Shown here: positions 1 through 10,100 of the stretch, one piece after another
Position numbering within the stretch: position 1 is the stretch's first letter
Layout of the letters: each line of letters begins with the position of its first letter
DNA from: Patescibacteria group bacterium
Lineage (GTDB): Bacteria; Patescibacteriota; Patescibacteriia; UBA2196
DNA length: 64,000 nucleotides
Assembly: GCA_028748975.1 (NCBI GenBank)
Contig: JAQTPI010000004.1
Location: forward strand, 14,734-78,733
Direction: 5' to 3'
Translations under genes and position numbers: made by a program
Notes under the pieces: generated by a model
What the model was told of the DNA's origin: nothing
Databases searched by the model: none
Seen by the model: the letters and a program-made list of their open reading frames with translations, nothing else

Positions 1-1
1 A

Positions 2-649
2 GGAAATCAGCTCTTTGCCGGCACCCAGGCTGGCTTGTTCGTCTCCACTGATGACGGCGTTTCCTGGACAGCGGTTCCCGGCATCAGCTGGGACACTTCG
101 GTCAGAGCACTGGCGGTTAGTGGCAAGAATATTTTCCTCGGAACATGGGGAAAAGGATTGTTCCTCTCCACTGACAGTGGCACAACCTGGAGCAAGAATG
201 CCACAACTGGTTTGCCAACTGATGAATATGGAAGTGCTTTCATTATTTCTCTATTTGTCACGGACGACGGATATCTGTTGGCTGGCGCGTTCCATAACGG
301 TATCTGGCGCCGGGCACTCTCCGAGATGATTGAAACCTCGGTGGAGGAACCGGATCAGCCAGGTCAGCCAGAAGTTTCTTCGCCCACTGCTTTCCAGCTG
401 GCGCAGAACTTTCCCAACCCGTTCAATCCGACCACGACTATTGTCTACTCCATTCCCAAATCCAGCAGTGTCAGACTTTCTGTGTTTGACGCCTCTGGTC
501 GGGAAGTAGCAGTGCTCGTGAATGCTCGACAGAATGCCGGGGAATACCGCGCCACCTTCAATGGCGCCAATCTGCCGGCTGGCGTGTACTTCTACCGCCT
601 GCAGGCCGATAATTTCATTCAAACAAAAAAGATGTCTTACCTTAAATGA
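2..649 (+). CDS. 3' fragment of a secreted BNR/Asp-box repeat protein with a Por/T9SS-type C-terminal sorting domain. The gene is 5'-truncated by the window.
   Basis: The open frame enters from the window start (the track begins it at a TTG at 35). Repeated S-x-D-x-G-x-(T/S)-W motifs (STDDGVSW, STDSGTTW) are present. The C-terminal about 80 aa (FPNPFNPTTTIVYSIP...VYFYRL) matches the T9SS/Por C-terminal domain pattern. GC is about 55%, well above the window average. Confidence 0.6.
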   Translation, partial: GNQLFAGTQAGLFVSTDDGVSWTAVPGISWDTSVRALAVSGKNIFLGTWGKGLFLSTDSGTTWSKNATTGLPTDEYGSAFIISLFVTDDGYLLAGAFHNGIWRRALSEMIETSVEEPDQPGQPEVSSPTAFQLAQNFPNPFNPTTTIVYSIPKSSSVRLSVFDASGREVAVLVNARQNAGEYRATFNGANLPAGVYFYRLQADNFIQTKKMSYLK

Positions 650-665
650 GACATCTTCACTAATT

Positions 666-704
666 CATCAAACCCCGTTCCAATTGGAGCGGGTTTTTCT
701 TTTA
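666..704. terminator. Imperfect GC hairpin (cccgttcc aatt ggagcggg) with T-rich tracts on both sides; candidate bidirectional terminator between convergent genes.
   Basis: An inverted repeat with one mismatch is followed by ttttcttttatttc on the plus strand. It lies between the stop at 649 (+) and the stop at 702 (-). Confidence 0.4.
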
Positions 705-1352
705 TTTCTTTACCATTTCCTCAATTACCTTTTTAATATTTTTTTCTTTTTGCCACAGTTCGCCGATTTTTTGACGCATCGCAGTTTGATATTCCATGTT
801 GGGCTTATCTTTGCCTTCCACCAAATCAGAAAATTCGTGATTTAGGATTTCATTAAGTGATTCTTTTAAGTCGTAAAATTCTTTGGGATTCAAACCAATT
901 TCGTCTTTCAGCCATTTTTCAAAACAAAAATGAATGAAGAAATGAAAAATTTCATGAGCGCAGATTAATTTTGGCGCCAGAGTCAAAGCACTGACGAAAA
1001 AGTAATATTGGTTTGGATTATAGCCGCAGCGATCATTGACGGTTAAATAGGCCGTGATTTCTTCCACTGGCAATTTTACGCCAAAGATTTTTTCAATTTT
1101 TTGAAAAAATTCGTCATTGATCGAGGCCCATTCTTTTTGCAGAGTTTCAATTCTGTCCGCCATGTTGATTTTTCTTTCGGCGGTGAAATCAAGAATAAAC
1201 TTTTTGATTTTTTCTTTATCTAAATTCGGACCATAAATTTTTTCATACTCCGCCTGTCGCCGGGAAAGGTGCTCACGCGCGCCCACCGCGGTTTTGGCAA
1301 TGATGAAATTTTCAATATCTTTGTCTAAATTGTAGGTGAAATTTAGTTTCAT
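702..1352 (-). CDS. Hypothetical protein with an HExxH (AHEIFHFF) zinc-metallopeptidase-like motif.
   Basis: 216-aa ORF with an ATG start. Its HExxH motif sits in a context similar to that of the divergent neighbour (ITAYLTVN / ITVFVTH preceding HExxH), suggesting paralogy. Confidence 0.55.
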   Translation of the reverse strand: MKLNFTYNLDKDIENFIIAKTAVGAREHLSRRQAEYEKIYGPNLDKEKIKKFILDFTAERKINMADRIETLQKEWASINDEFFQKIEKIFGVKLPVEEITAYLTVNDRCGYNPNQYYFFVSALTLAPKLICAHEIFHFFIHFCFEKWLKDEIGLNPKEFYDLKESLNEILNHEFSDLVEGKDKPNMEYQTAMRQKIGELWQKEKNIKKVIEEMVKK

Positions 1353-1417
1353 AAATTTATTATACCATGGTTTGTGTTTTTTGCCTTTTTTGGTTTTTGG
1401 TGATAAGATAAGATTAT

Positions 1418-2146
1418 ATGAAACTGAAATTTTTGATAGACAAAAAATACCTTTTGGCGCACGCTTTATGGCGGAATGCGACGCCTTTTCCTGAATGGGA
1501 TGATTTTAAAAATTATCTTTGGCAGGAATCGATTTTGGGGTATCAATTTTTAGCCGGTTCACCAGAAGCATTATTACAAATTAATAAAACCAGCGAATTA
1601 ATCAAAGAAGGCGATAAATTATACAAGAAAGCATTGAAAAGAAAAGAATTTAAAAAATTATTAGCGGAGACGGAAAAATATCGGCAGTGGCTGGAAAAGG
1701 AATGGAATAAAAATGAAAAGAAAATTTTGGGCTGGGTGGAAGAACTTGGTGGATTAAAAATACCAAATAAAACTATTACGGTTTTTGTCACCCACCCGAA
1801 ATTTCGTAATGGCACAACTCTTATAGAAAAATATGTTATTTTATGGGGACACCCCGATGATTGGAAAAATTATTCTTTGGTTTATTTAACCCATGAATTA
1901 TTGCACCTTTTGACTAAAAAATGTAAAAAATTATTTATCATGCATGCCTTAATCGAGCTTCTCGCTGATAATGAAATTAGAATTAGATTAAATGGTGGAG
2001 GTGCGTATTTTAAAGAAGGCAAACATTCCGTCGGCCACCCATACTTAGCAAAATTAGAAAAGAAAATTTTGCCAAAATGGAAAGAGTTTATTAAAAATAG
2101 GAAAGGAAAAGATTTATTTGATTTTGAGAAAAAAATAAAGGGTTGA
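1418..2146 (+). CDS. Hypothetical protein with an HExxH (THELLHLL) motif; paralogue-like of 702..1352.
   Basis: 242-aa ORF transcribed divergently from a shared AT-rich 65-bp intergenic region. It is followed by a strong hairpin terminator. Confidence 0.55.
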   Translation: MKLKFLIDKKYLLAHALWRNATPFPEWDDFKNYLWQESILGYQFLAGSPEALLQINKTSELIKEGDKLYKKALKRKEFKKLLAETEKYRQWLEKEWNKNEKKILGWVEELGGLKIPNKTITVFVTHPKFRNGTTLIEKYVILWGHPDDWKNYSLVYLTHELLHLLTKKCKKLFIMHALIELLADNEIRIRLNGGGAYFKEGKHSVGHPYLAKLEKKILPKWKEFIKNRKGKDLFDFEKKIKG

Positions 2147-2177
2147 TTAGTATACTAATCAACCCTTTTGGTTCCCG
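2147..2177. terminator. Bidirectional rho-independent terminator.
   Basis: Perfect inverted repeat ggttgattag-tata-ctaatcaacc, flanked by cttttgg on plus and tttattttttt on minus. It closes gene 1418..2146 (+) and the peptide operon on the minus strand. Confidence 0.65.
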
Positions 2178-2190
2178 CACATAGCTTGCC

Positions 2191-2319
2191 TTAAGGAATG
2201 GAAGGCTGACATTCGGCGGTCGGCTGGCAATTTCCGAATTCCGGATTGCAGGGACCCGTGTCGGCCTCGTTTCCTGTTTGGCGGGCGGTAACCTCCAAGA
2301 TTTCGAAGGCATGTTCCAT
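2191..2319 (-). CDS. RiPP precursor peptide A2 (42 aa): MEHAFEILEVTARQTGNEADTGPCNPEFGNCQPTAECQPSIP.
   Basis: Absent from the ORF track (shorter than 60 aa). It has an ATG with the SD-like sequence aaggagtgggcc upstream. Its N-terminal FEILEVTA leader is shared with the neighbouring peptide, and the C-terminus is Cys/Pro/Asn-rich. It sits directly downstream of the rSAM/SPASM gene. Confidence 0.6.
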   Translation of the reverse strand: MEHAFEILEVTARQTGNEADTGPCNPEFGNCQPTAECQPSIP

Positions 2320-2348
2320 GGCCCACTCCTTGGTTTGGTTGTTATTGA

Positions 2349-2489
2349 TTAACCGGATCGCGGATTGCAATCCGGATTACACGAACCGCCCGGGAGACAG
2401 GTCGGGTTGCAATCGTTGTCCGTTGGGAAACAACGATTCTCGCCTTTCCTGAAGTCGGTGCCGGCTGTGACTTCCAGAATTTCGAACAT
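2349..2489 (-). CDS. RiPP precursor peptide A1 (46 aa): MFEILEVTAGTDFRKGENRCFPTDNDCNPTCLPGGSCNPDCNPRSG.
   Basis: Absent from the ORF track. A strong SD (ggaaggaggtgaaaagg) precedes the ATG, which begins 21 nt after the rSAM stop. The core has five Cys with CNP/DC motifs. Confidence 0.65.
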   Translation of the reverse strand: MFEILEVTAGTDFRKGENRCFPTDNDCNPTCLPGGSCNPDCNPRSG

Positions 2490-2509
2490 CCTTTTCACCT
2501 CCTTCCACC

Positions 2510-3769
2510 CTAGTTCCATTTGCCAGTATAAGGATTATACAAACAATCAATTGGTTTGGCAAATAAATCGCCAGTTGGAGAAGAGTTTTTGGCTTTAGGT
2601 CGGCAATCAAAACAACAATATCTATATTCGCAATCCTTACAAGTTTTCACTTGGTCTTTTGTAATGTTACGAATTTTTAATGCTTTTTCATTGCCGATTA
2701 TTTCTGACACTGAACCGTCAAAAACATTTCCTAAAACTAAATTCCTTTCCATAATACAGGGTATTATGTCTCCGGTTGGTGTTACGCAGATGTTTTTTGA
2801 AAAGCAATTGTGTCCACACTGAGCTCTTTGAAATTTTGGTAAGGTACAATGGCTAAAAGATGGTTTACTGATTTGATATTTCTTTAAGATTTCTTTGGGT
2901 ATTAACTGATTATTTTTTCCATTTCCACATGGCCTTACGGGATCTATCTTCACGTTTTGAATGCCTAAGTTTTGAACAAATCGTCGAGCATCATAAACAT
3001 TGTCTTGATTAATGTTCATCGCTACAATACCAACTCGTGTTTTGATTCCAACATCAACCATCTTTTTTAAATTGCTGATTGTTTTTTCAAAACTACCTTT
3101 TACGCGAGTCACTTTGTCGTGTATTTCCGCTTGATCTCCATAGATCGACACAGCGACGTTTATTTGATTGGCCCCGAAAAAAGCAATATTTGAATCGTTT
3201 ATCAGTGTGGCATTGGTGAAAACTTCAATAAATTCAAAACCTATTTTTTTACTTATCTCGATGAGTTTAATTAATCTTTTGGATATAATCATTGGCTCAC
3301 CACCGATAAATTGCAGTTTTTTACAACCAATAGCGTAGGATTGTTGCATCACCCTAACCCAATCCTTGTCGGTCATTTTATTTTTTGGATGGTTTTGTTT
3401 TTTCTTTTCGACCCGATAGCAGTGCAGACACTTTAGATTGCAAGCTCCGGTTATTTCTAACCAAACAAATTCCAAAGGAGCAGGTTTTTCAAAAACTATT
3501 TTATTTACCTTTTCCCTATTTGTTAAAATATGACCAAGTTTAAGATCGGTTAAATTTTTAATACAGGCGGCTGCTTTTTCTGCTAAAACACCGTCTTGGT
3601 AAGATTTAAGTAGTGTTTGAATTTCTAATCCGTCTTCCAGTTTTTTTATCAATTTCACAACGTATTCGTCAACTGAATAAACTTTTCCGTTTTCTAGATT
3701 ATGAACCACACCTCTTTTTGCTCCCTCAACAAGGAAGCAGTATTTTTCTAGAGCAAAAAAACCCTTCAT
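2510..3769 (-). CDS. Radical SAM enzyme with a C-terminal SPASM domain and an N-terminal about 100-aa extension (possible RiPP recognition element); candidate RiPP maturase.
   Basis: CNLKCLHC (CxxxCxxC) and the GGEP motif mark the rSAM core. The C-terminal Cys cluster CGHNCF...CVTPTGDIIPC...CKDCEYRYCCFDCRP is typical of SPASM auxiliary Fe-S domains. A strong SD (aaggaggaaagcaaa) precedes the ATG. Confidence 0.85.
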   Translation of the reverse strand: MKGFFALEKYCFLVEGAKRGVVHNLENGKVYSVDEYVVKLIKKLEDGLEIQTLLKSYQDGVLAEKAAACIKNLTDLKLGHILTNREKVNKIVFEKPAPLEFVWLEITGACNLKCLHCYRVEKKKQNHPKNKMTDKDWVRVMQQSYAIGCKKLQFIGGEPMIISKRLIKLIEISKKIGFEFIEVFTNATLINDSNIAFFGANQINVAVSIYGDQAEIHDKVTRVKGSFEKTISNLKKMVDVGIKTRVGIVAMNINQDNVYDARRFVQNLGIQNVKIDPVRPCGNGKNNQLIPKEILKKYQISKPSFSHCTLPKFQRAQCGHNCFSKNICVTPTGDIIPCIMERNLVLGNVFDGSVSEIIGNEKALKIRNITKDQVKTCKDCEYRYCCFDCRPKAKNSSPTGDLFAKPIDCLYNPYTGKWN

Positions 3770-4004
3770 TTTGCTTTCCTCCTTCCTTGTTTGGTTTTGA
3801 ATGAGCTTTTTGTTTATTTTTGGCTAAAATTAGCCATTTTAGTAAAATCAGTAGTACTTCATATTGTATAAGTGTGTTTTTTTAGATTTTCGTTACACTT
3901 GACTTTTTTCTTTACTCCAATTATACATCTATTTTATGATTTCTGTCAAGTTGGATTAAATGATATAATATAGATATAATACTTTATCCACAAAAAATTA
4001 AAGA

Positions 4005-4040
4005 TTCCCTCCGCTAGCTGGCGGATCACGGGAATGACAT
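4005..4040. repeat. Partial copy of the family-A palindromic element (ccgctagctggcgg hairpin followed by the ...ggaatgaca end).
   Basis: Its sequence motifs are shared with the copies at 23984..24141 and 24426..24486. Confidence 0.4.
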
Positions 4041-4065
4041 TAATAACAGACGACCTCACCCCCAA

Positions 4066-4088
4066 CCCTCTCCTTGTAAAGGAGAGGG
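4066..4088. repeat. GC-rich hairpin element of family B (ccctctcctt-gta-aaggagaggg), 14 nt upstream of the giant-gene ATG.
   Basis: A near-identical 45-bp copy lies at 31351..31400. The element contains AAGGAG / GGGGGA, which could act as a Shine-Dalgarno for 4102. Confidence 0.6.
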
Positions 4089-4101
4089 GGACGAACAAAA
4101 T

Positions 4102-7100
4102 ATGAAAATTAAAAGATATAAAATTTTATTGGTCGGAGTGATTTTAATTTTAATCGCCGGTGGTTTTTTTGTCATCCAAAAATCCGGCCAGGAAGCCGAA
4201 GCGCAGGGGCTCTTGCCGCTTAGCCCGCCGACCAATGTGCAAAAAAATTATGCCACCACCGCCCTGATTGATTGGAGTTGGAGCGCGCCAGTATCCGGCG
4301 GCCTGCCGATTGATTATTACAAAGTCTACACTGGCAGCGGTGGCTTCATCTCCGATGTCACCGGCACCAACTATACGCAACCCGGGCTTAATCCCAGCAC
4401 GCAATATTCCATTAAGGTTATGAGCTGTAAATATGGCAGTGACCCGACCTGCACCGGCCCATATTATGCCAGCACTTTTTCCAGCACGGCTTATGGCTAT
4501 ACCAAAGCCAACACTCCCAGTAATCTGACTGTTTCTCCATCCGCGGATTGCTTGGCTGATAATTACGGAGCCAGCGGGGAGTGCCAATTGACTTGGAGCT
4601 GGAGCGCGAATGACAACTCGGCGGGCACAAATTATTATTATTCAACAGATGAAGGTGCGGGCGCGTGGACAACCAGTTTGAGCTATACAGAAACAATCAG
4701 TTTTGACAGTTGCCGTACGCATACCGCGGGCAGCACGGCGCATACTTTTTACGTGAAAGCCAAGAATGGAGAAGGTGAAGAAACTGACACGACAAGTTTA
4801 AGCAAGACGGAATATAATGTGTGTGATTGGTTGGAAGATTTTGTTTTAAGTCATATTCCTCCTTATGCCAACCAATTTCGCGCTACCTGGACTCCCTCTC
4901 CAAATATTGAGATTCGAGCAGCATTAAATGGCGGTAATTTTCAGACAATAACAAACAATGGAACATTTATGGCTGGACCAGATGGGGTTTGGGCAAATGC
5001 AAGAAATTGGGTGGATTTTCAATGGCATTATGTTGGTGAAGCGTGGCCTCCTAATATAATAATAACCAAAGAAATAAAAGCCCTTCTTCCTCAAGTCGCT
5101 TCAGTTTCTTGTTCCGGCGCTACCACAAATTCTTTGACAGTGACAGCAGAGGGTGGGGGACTGGGTTTTCCAAACCTTTTTACTCTTCTAAGTGGAGTAA
5201 AAATGTCAAAGGCCGTGGTCTATGGAACAGATGATGATGTTGGGACGTATAGTAGTGGCTACCCAACATCAATACCTTTGACTTGGACGGTTTCCAATCT
5301 TTCTCCCAACACTTCCTATTCTTTTAAATTTATAAGCTATAACCAAGAAGGCACGGCAAACTGGGAAACAGAAGCTTTAACTGCCGGGAGCTGTCGGACG
5401 GCCGCGGCGGTTTATCCTCAATGCGGAACAACAACATATAGCCCGGCGCCGCCAACTTGGACCCACAGCAGCGTGCTGGTTTCCATCCCCTGCACGGAAG
5501 AGGGCGGGCCTGGCTGCTCCAAATCAACCTACACCTTGAGCCGTTCAAGCAATGGCAGCGGCACCATTGTTATTAGTGATATTGTCGGCAACACGACCGA
5601 GTGCCCCTACAACGTCACCAACATTGATAAAATTGCGCCAACAGTGAATTCTTTTACAGTTGACGATCATGCTTCTGATTTTACCAGCTCTGACACTGGG
5701 CCGGTGATTGACTGGACCGTGGCTGATTCTGGCGGGTCAGGACTGAAACAGGTGGAGGTTTGGCGCAAAACCGCTGGCGGAGATTGGATACTGATTTATA
5801 CCACCACTGATGTTTCCGGCAATGGCCCGACCAGCGGTTCTTTTACTGACTCGGTTGATTGTCTGCCTTCCCACCAACCCTACACCTATGGCATTCATGT
5901 TTTGGATAATGCCAATAATATCGGTTATGAAAATAATCCCATCGCGGTGACCCTTTCAAATTGCGGCGGGACGCCAACTTGCGGCAGTAATGACAATGGC
6001 GAAGGCGATTTGTTGCAGGCCACCTGCGAGAACGCGCCGATTTTTGGCAAATGGAATTATGCTTCTGACGACGCGACAGGCATGTGCTGGAAAAAAGACC
6101 GCGACGACCCCTATCTTTGCTGCGGTGACGACTCGGGTGAAAATTGGGATTATTTCCGCGAATTTTTTGGCAGTTTTGGCAGTTATTCCACCGATGAGAA
6201 TGACAATGCTTGCTGTAATAATGCTTCTGACTGCGTCTTTAATCACACCTGCTATGATGGTGATGCGAATGGCGCCAGTTTTGAATCCGCTTCCTGCATG
6301 AGCGGCCAAAGATATTGCGGCGGACCCAATGTTTATACTTGGGAAACCGACGCTGATTACAATTTTGCCGTCTGCCAATGTTTGCAAGGTTCTGCCGACC
6401 GCTGGAATGAAAGCGGCTGGTTTGGCGGCAACCAAATTAATTGGAGCATTGGTGGTTATTCGCAAGACCGTTGCTGCGGCGATGATGCTGGAGAAGTTTT
6501 TGCCAACGGTGTTTGTACCACTGGCGCGGCTCTGCCGGATTTGGTGGTGGAAAGCGTGACGCCGCCGACAGGCCTGATTTGCATGGGCAGAAGCGCCACA
6601 TTTTCCGCCGTGATTAAAAACACCGGCAATGCTTCAACCGGCGCGGGGTTTGCCAACCAGATTACTTTGGTGGACACGGGCTCGTGCTTGGCCAATTCTA
6701 CCGCGCTCACGGCGAGCGAAAGCAAAAATATTTCCTGCGCCATTACGCCGAGCGCGGCTGGAATTAAAACCGTGATGTCGCAGGCAGATTATGACGATGC
6801 CATTTCCGAATCCAATGAAGACAATAATGGCCGAGACACCACCGCCACAATTTTTGCCACGCCAAACACGCCCACGGGTTTGACAGCCACCGGCATTGGC
6901 GCCACGGACATCACTTGGGACTGGGACAACATGAGCGGCGCCACTTCTTATATAATTTTATTAAACGGCATTCCGGTTGACACGGTAACCAGCAGCCAAT
7001 ACATTGCCCAGGATCTTTGGGGCGCGGCTGATTATACCATCACAGTTCAAAGTTACAACGGTTGTGGTGTCAGCAGCGGAGCGCAACACACAGTCACCAG

Positions 7101-10100
7101 GGGCGTGAGTTTAGCCGGGTCGCCGGGCGCGCAGACAATTAACCAAGGCGCGAGCGCCATTTACACCATTACAGTTTCCTCGGTTAATGGTTTGGCTGAT
7201 ACAGTTAATCTTACTCTCTCCGGCTGTCCCAGCGGGGCAACTTGCCAGCTTTCGGGCAGTTCCGTGATTTTAAATAATAATTCACAGGGCGTGACTTTGA
7301 CAGTCAGCAATGCCAGCGTTGGCGGACCCTACACTCTAACCATTTCCGGACATGGCGTGGCTTCAAATAAAAACGGCGCCACCACCGTGGATTTGACCGT
7401 GGTTGAGGCCAACTATCCATCGGTTTCCATCTGGGCCATTCCGCAGACAATCGCGCGCGGGCAATCTTCCGTTGTTTCCTGGACTTCCAATAATGCCAGC
7501 AGTGTTGACATAACCAACATTGGCACTGGTCTTGCCACGAGTGGCAACCAGTCGGTGGCGCCGACAGTGACCACGACCTACACGGCCACGGCTTATGGCA
7601 GCGGCGGACGCACGGCCACGGCGAGCGTGACCGTGACCGTGACTAATCCGACAGAAATTTATTGCGGAGACGGAGTTTGTAATGGCGCGGAAACTTGCTC
7701 CACCTGCCCCTCTGACTGCGGAATATGCGTGGGCGGCGGCGGCGACTCTCCGAGCACCCCCACGAATTTAAGCGGTCCTTCCGGCTGTACCACCGACACC
7801 ACGCCAAGCTTCAGTTTTACAGTTTCCGACCCGGATTTTGGCGACAAGGTTGGCTATCAAATTCAAATTGATGACAGCGCCACTTTTGCATCGCCCTTGA
7901 TTGATTTCACCTGGAGCAGCTTGGGTGATACTCCGCAAAACGGCACTTTTGACACGCCAAGTTCCTGCCCCACGCCACTCGGCGGCTATGCTGTCTGCAA
8001 TACGCCTTTGCCGGCCGGCAACTATTATTGGCGCGTGCGCGCTTTGGACAACCACAGTAATTTTTCCTCCTATGAATCCGGCAGCGCTTTTTCCGTGGCG
8101 GCGGTTTGCGGCGGGGGTGGCGGCGTGAACGCGGATTTCACTGTTTGCAAATACAGCGCCGACACTTTTCAATTTTTAAACGCCACCGAGGGCGTCACTG
8201 TGCCAACCTATGGCTGGAATTTTGATGATGGCACGGGTTGCGCCGAAACCGGCTGTACGGCGAGCATTGGCGGCACCACCATTGGCACACGCATTGATCC
8301 GGCGCATAAATTTAATAATAATTATTGGGCCAAACGAATCAAGATTACTTTCAGCAATGGCGGACAGGCGGAAAATTTGGTGGATTTCCCGGTTTTAATC
8401 AAACTTAATGGCAGCCGCATTGATTACACTCAAACCCAAAACAGCGGGCAGGATTTGCGCTTTTTTGACGCGGACGGCGGCACGGAATTGGCTTATGAAA
8501 TTGAAAAATGGAATGAAAGCGGAGATTCTTTTGTCTGGGTGAAAGTGCCACAAATTGACGCCAGTTCTAATTCCGATTACATTTGGTTGTATTATGGCAA
8601 TCCGGCGGCAACGGCTGGCGCCAATGCCGAAAGTGTTTGGAACAGCGGTTATGCCGCGGTTTATCACCTGAAAGAAACTTCCGGTAAACATTATGATTCC
8701 ACGGCGAATAATAATGATTCCGAAAATAATCCAAACGTACAAACACAAGGCAGTGCCGCAGGCAAAATTGACGGCGCGGATGATTTCTTAAAAGAAGTAA
8801 ACGGAGAGGGCGAAGAAACCTCTAGTGATTCCATTACAATTAATGATAGTAATAGTTTGGATTTGACCAATGCTTTGACGATTGAGGCTTGGGTGCGCTC
8901 AGACTATTTGGAAAATCGTGACCGTATTGTGTCTAAGGGTTCTATTTCCCAGACCTATGTTTTGCGGCAAGAAATTTCTGACACCGGTGGTTCTTTCCCA
9001 GGTTCTTTGCATTTTTTTGGCGCTGGTGTTGCTCAAGCCAGAAGTATTTTAACCGCTGGCACTCTTCAATATATAGCGGCCACTTGGGATGGAATTAATG
9101 GCGACCATAAACCCAAACTTTTTAATAATGGTTCGGAAGTCAGTTCTTATTTTGCGCAAACAGCCAAAACAGCACCTATAAATGCAAACACCGAAGTTTT
9201 GACCATTGGCAATATTGATCAGGGTTGGGACGGTATTATTGATGAAATGCGGCTTTCCAATGTGGCGCGCTCCGCGGCCTGGCTCAAAGCGCAGTATCTT
9301 TCCATGAGCGACACGTTTAACACTTTCAGCAGCCAAGAAAGTTTGGGATACGTGATTGACGGAGGCAAAGTGGCGGGGGCGACGGATGAATTAAGAATTA
9401 TGAATCAAGAATTAAGGACGACTGATAACGGGCAACAAACAACCGACAACTTACAACAAATAACCAACAAAAATATTTTTGAAAAGATTTGGGCGGGAAT
9501 TAAAACGGCGGGGAAATGGGCGGTGAATTTATTCAAAGCCAAAGATTCAGAGGCCTTAAGCGCCACCTATTCGGTCATGCTTTCGGTCAATGACCCGGCT
9601 GGCAATGACACGGAAACAAAAGTGGTGAATTTGGCGAGCGTGCCGCTGTGTGAATTCAACCTGACTAATGTTTCTTCCTTGAGTTGCGGACGGGTGGACG
9701 GCGAATGGGAAAAATTTGGCGGTTTCGCTGACGCCGGCGCCTACACGGTGAAAAGATGCGCGGGCAGCGGCTGCAGTGATTTTGACACGGTCAGCGTAAC
9801 CAAGTCCTGTTCCACCTCTTGTTATTTTGAAGATATTGGCGTGGAGCCAAGCACCGCGTATTCATATTACATTTCTTTGCCAACGCAAGGAGTGAAAAAT
9901 TCCACTGACAATCCGGCTTGCGACGGTGCCTCCGCGATTTGTCCGCTCAGCGTCACTACTGCGGTGTGCGGCGTGGAAGGTTCGGACATAGTGACCACAC
10001 GCGCCTGCGGAAAAATTACTTTGATTTGGGACGAAGTGGAGGGTTCAACTATTTATGAAGTTCAAAGGGCGATTGGCGCCAGTGATAATACTTTTACCAC

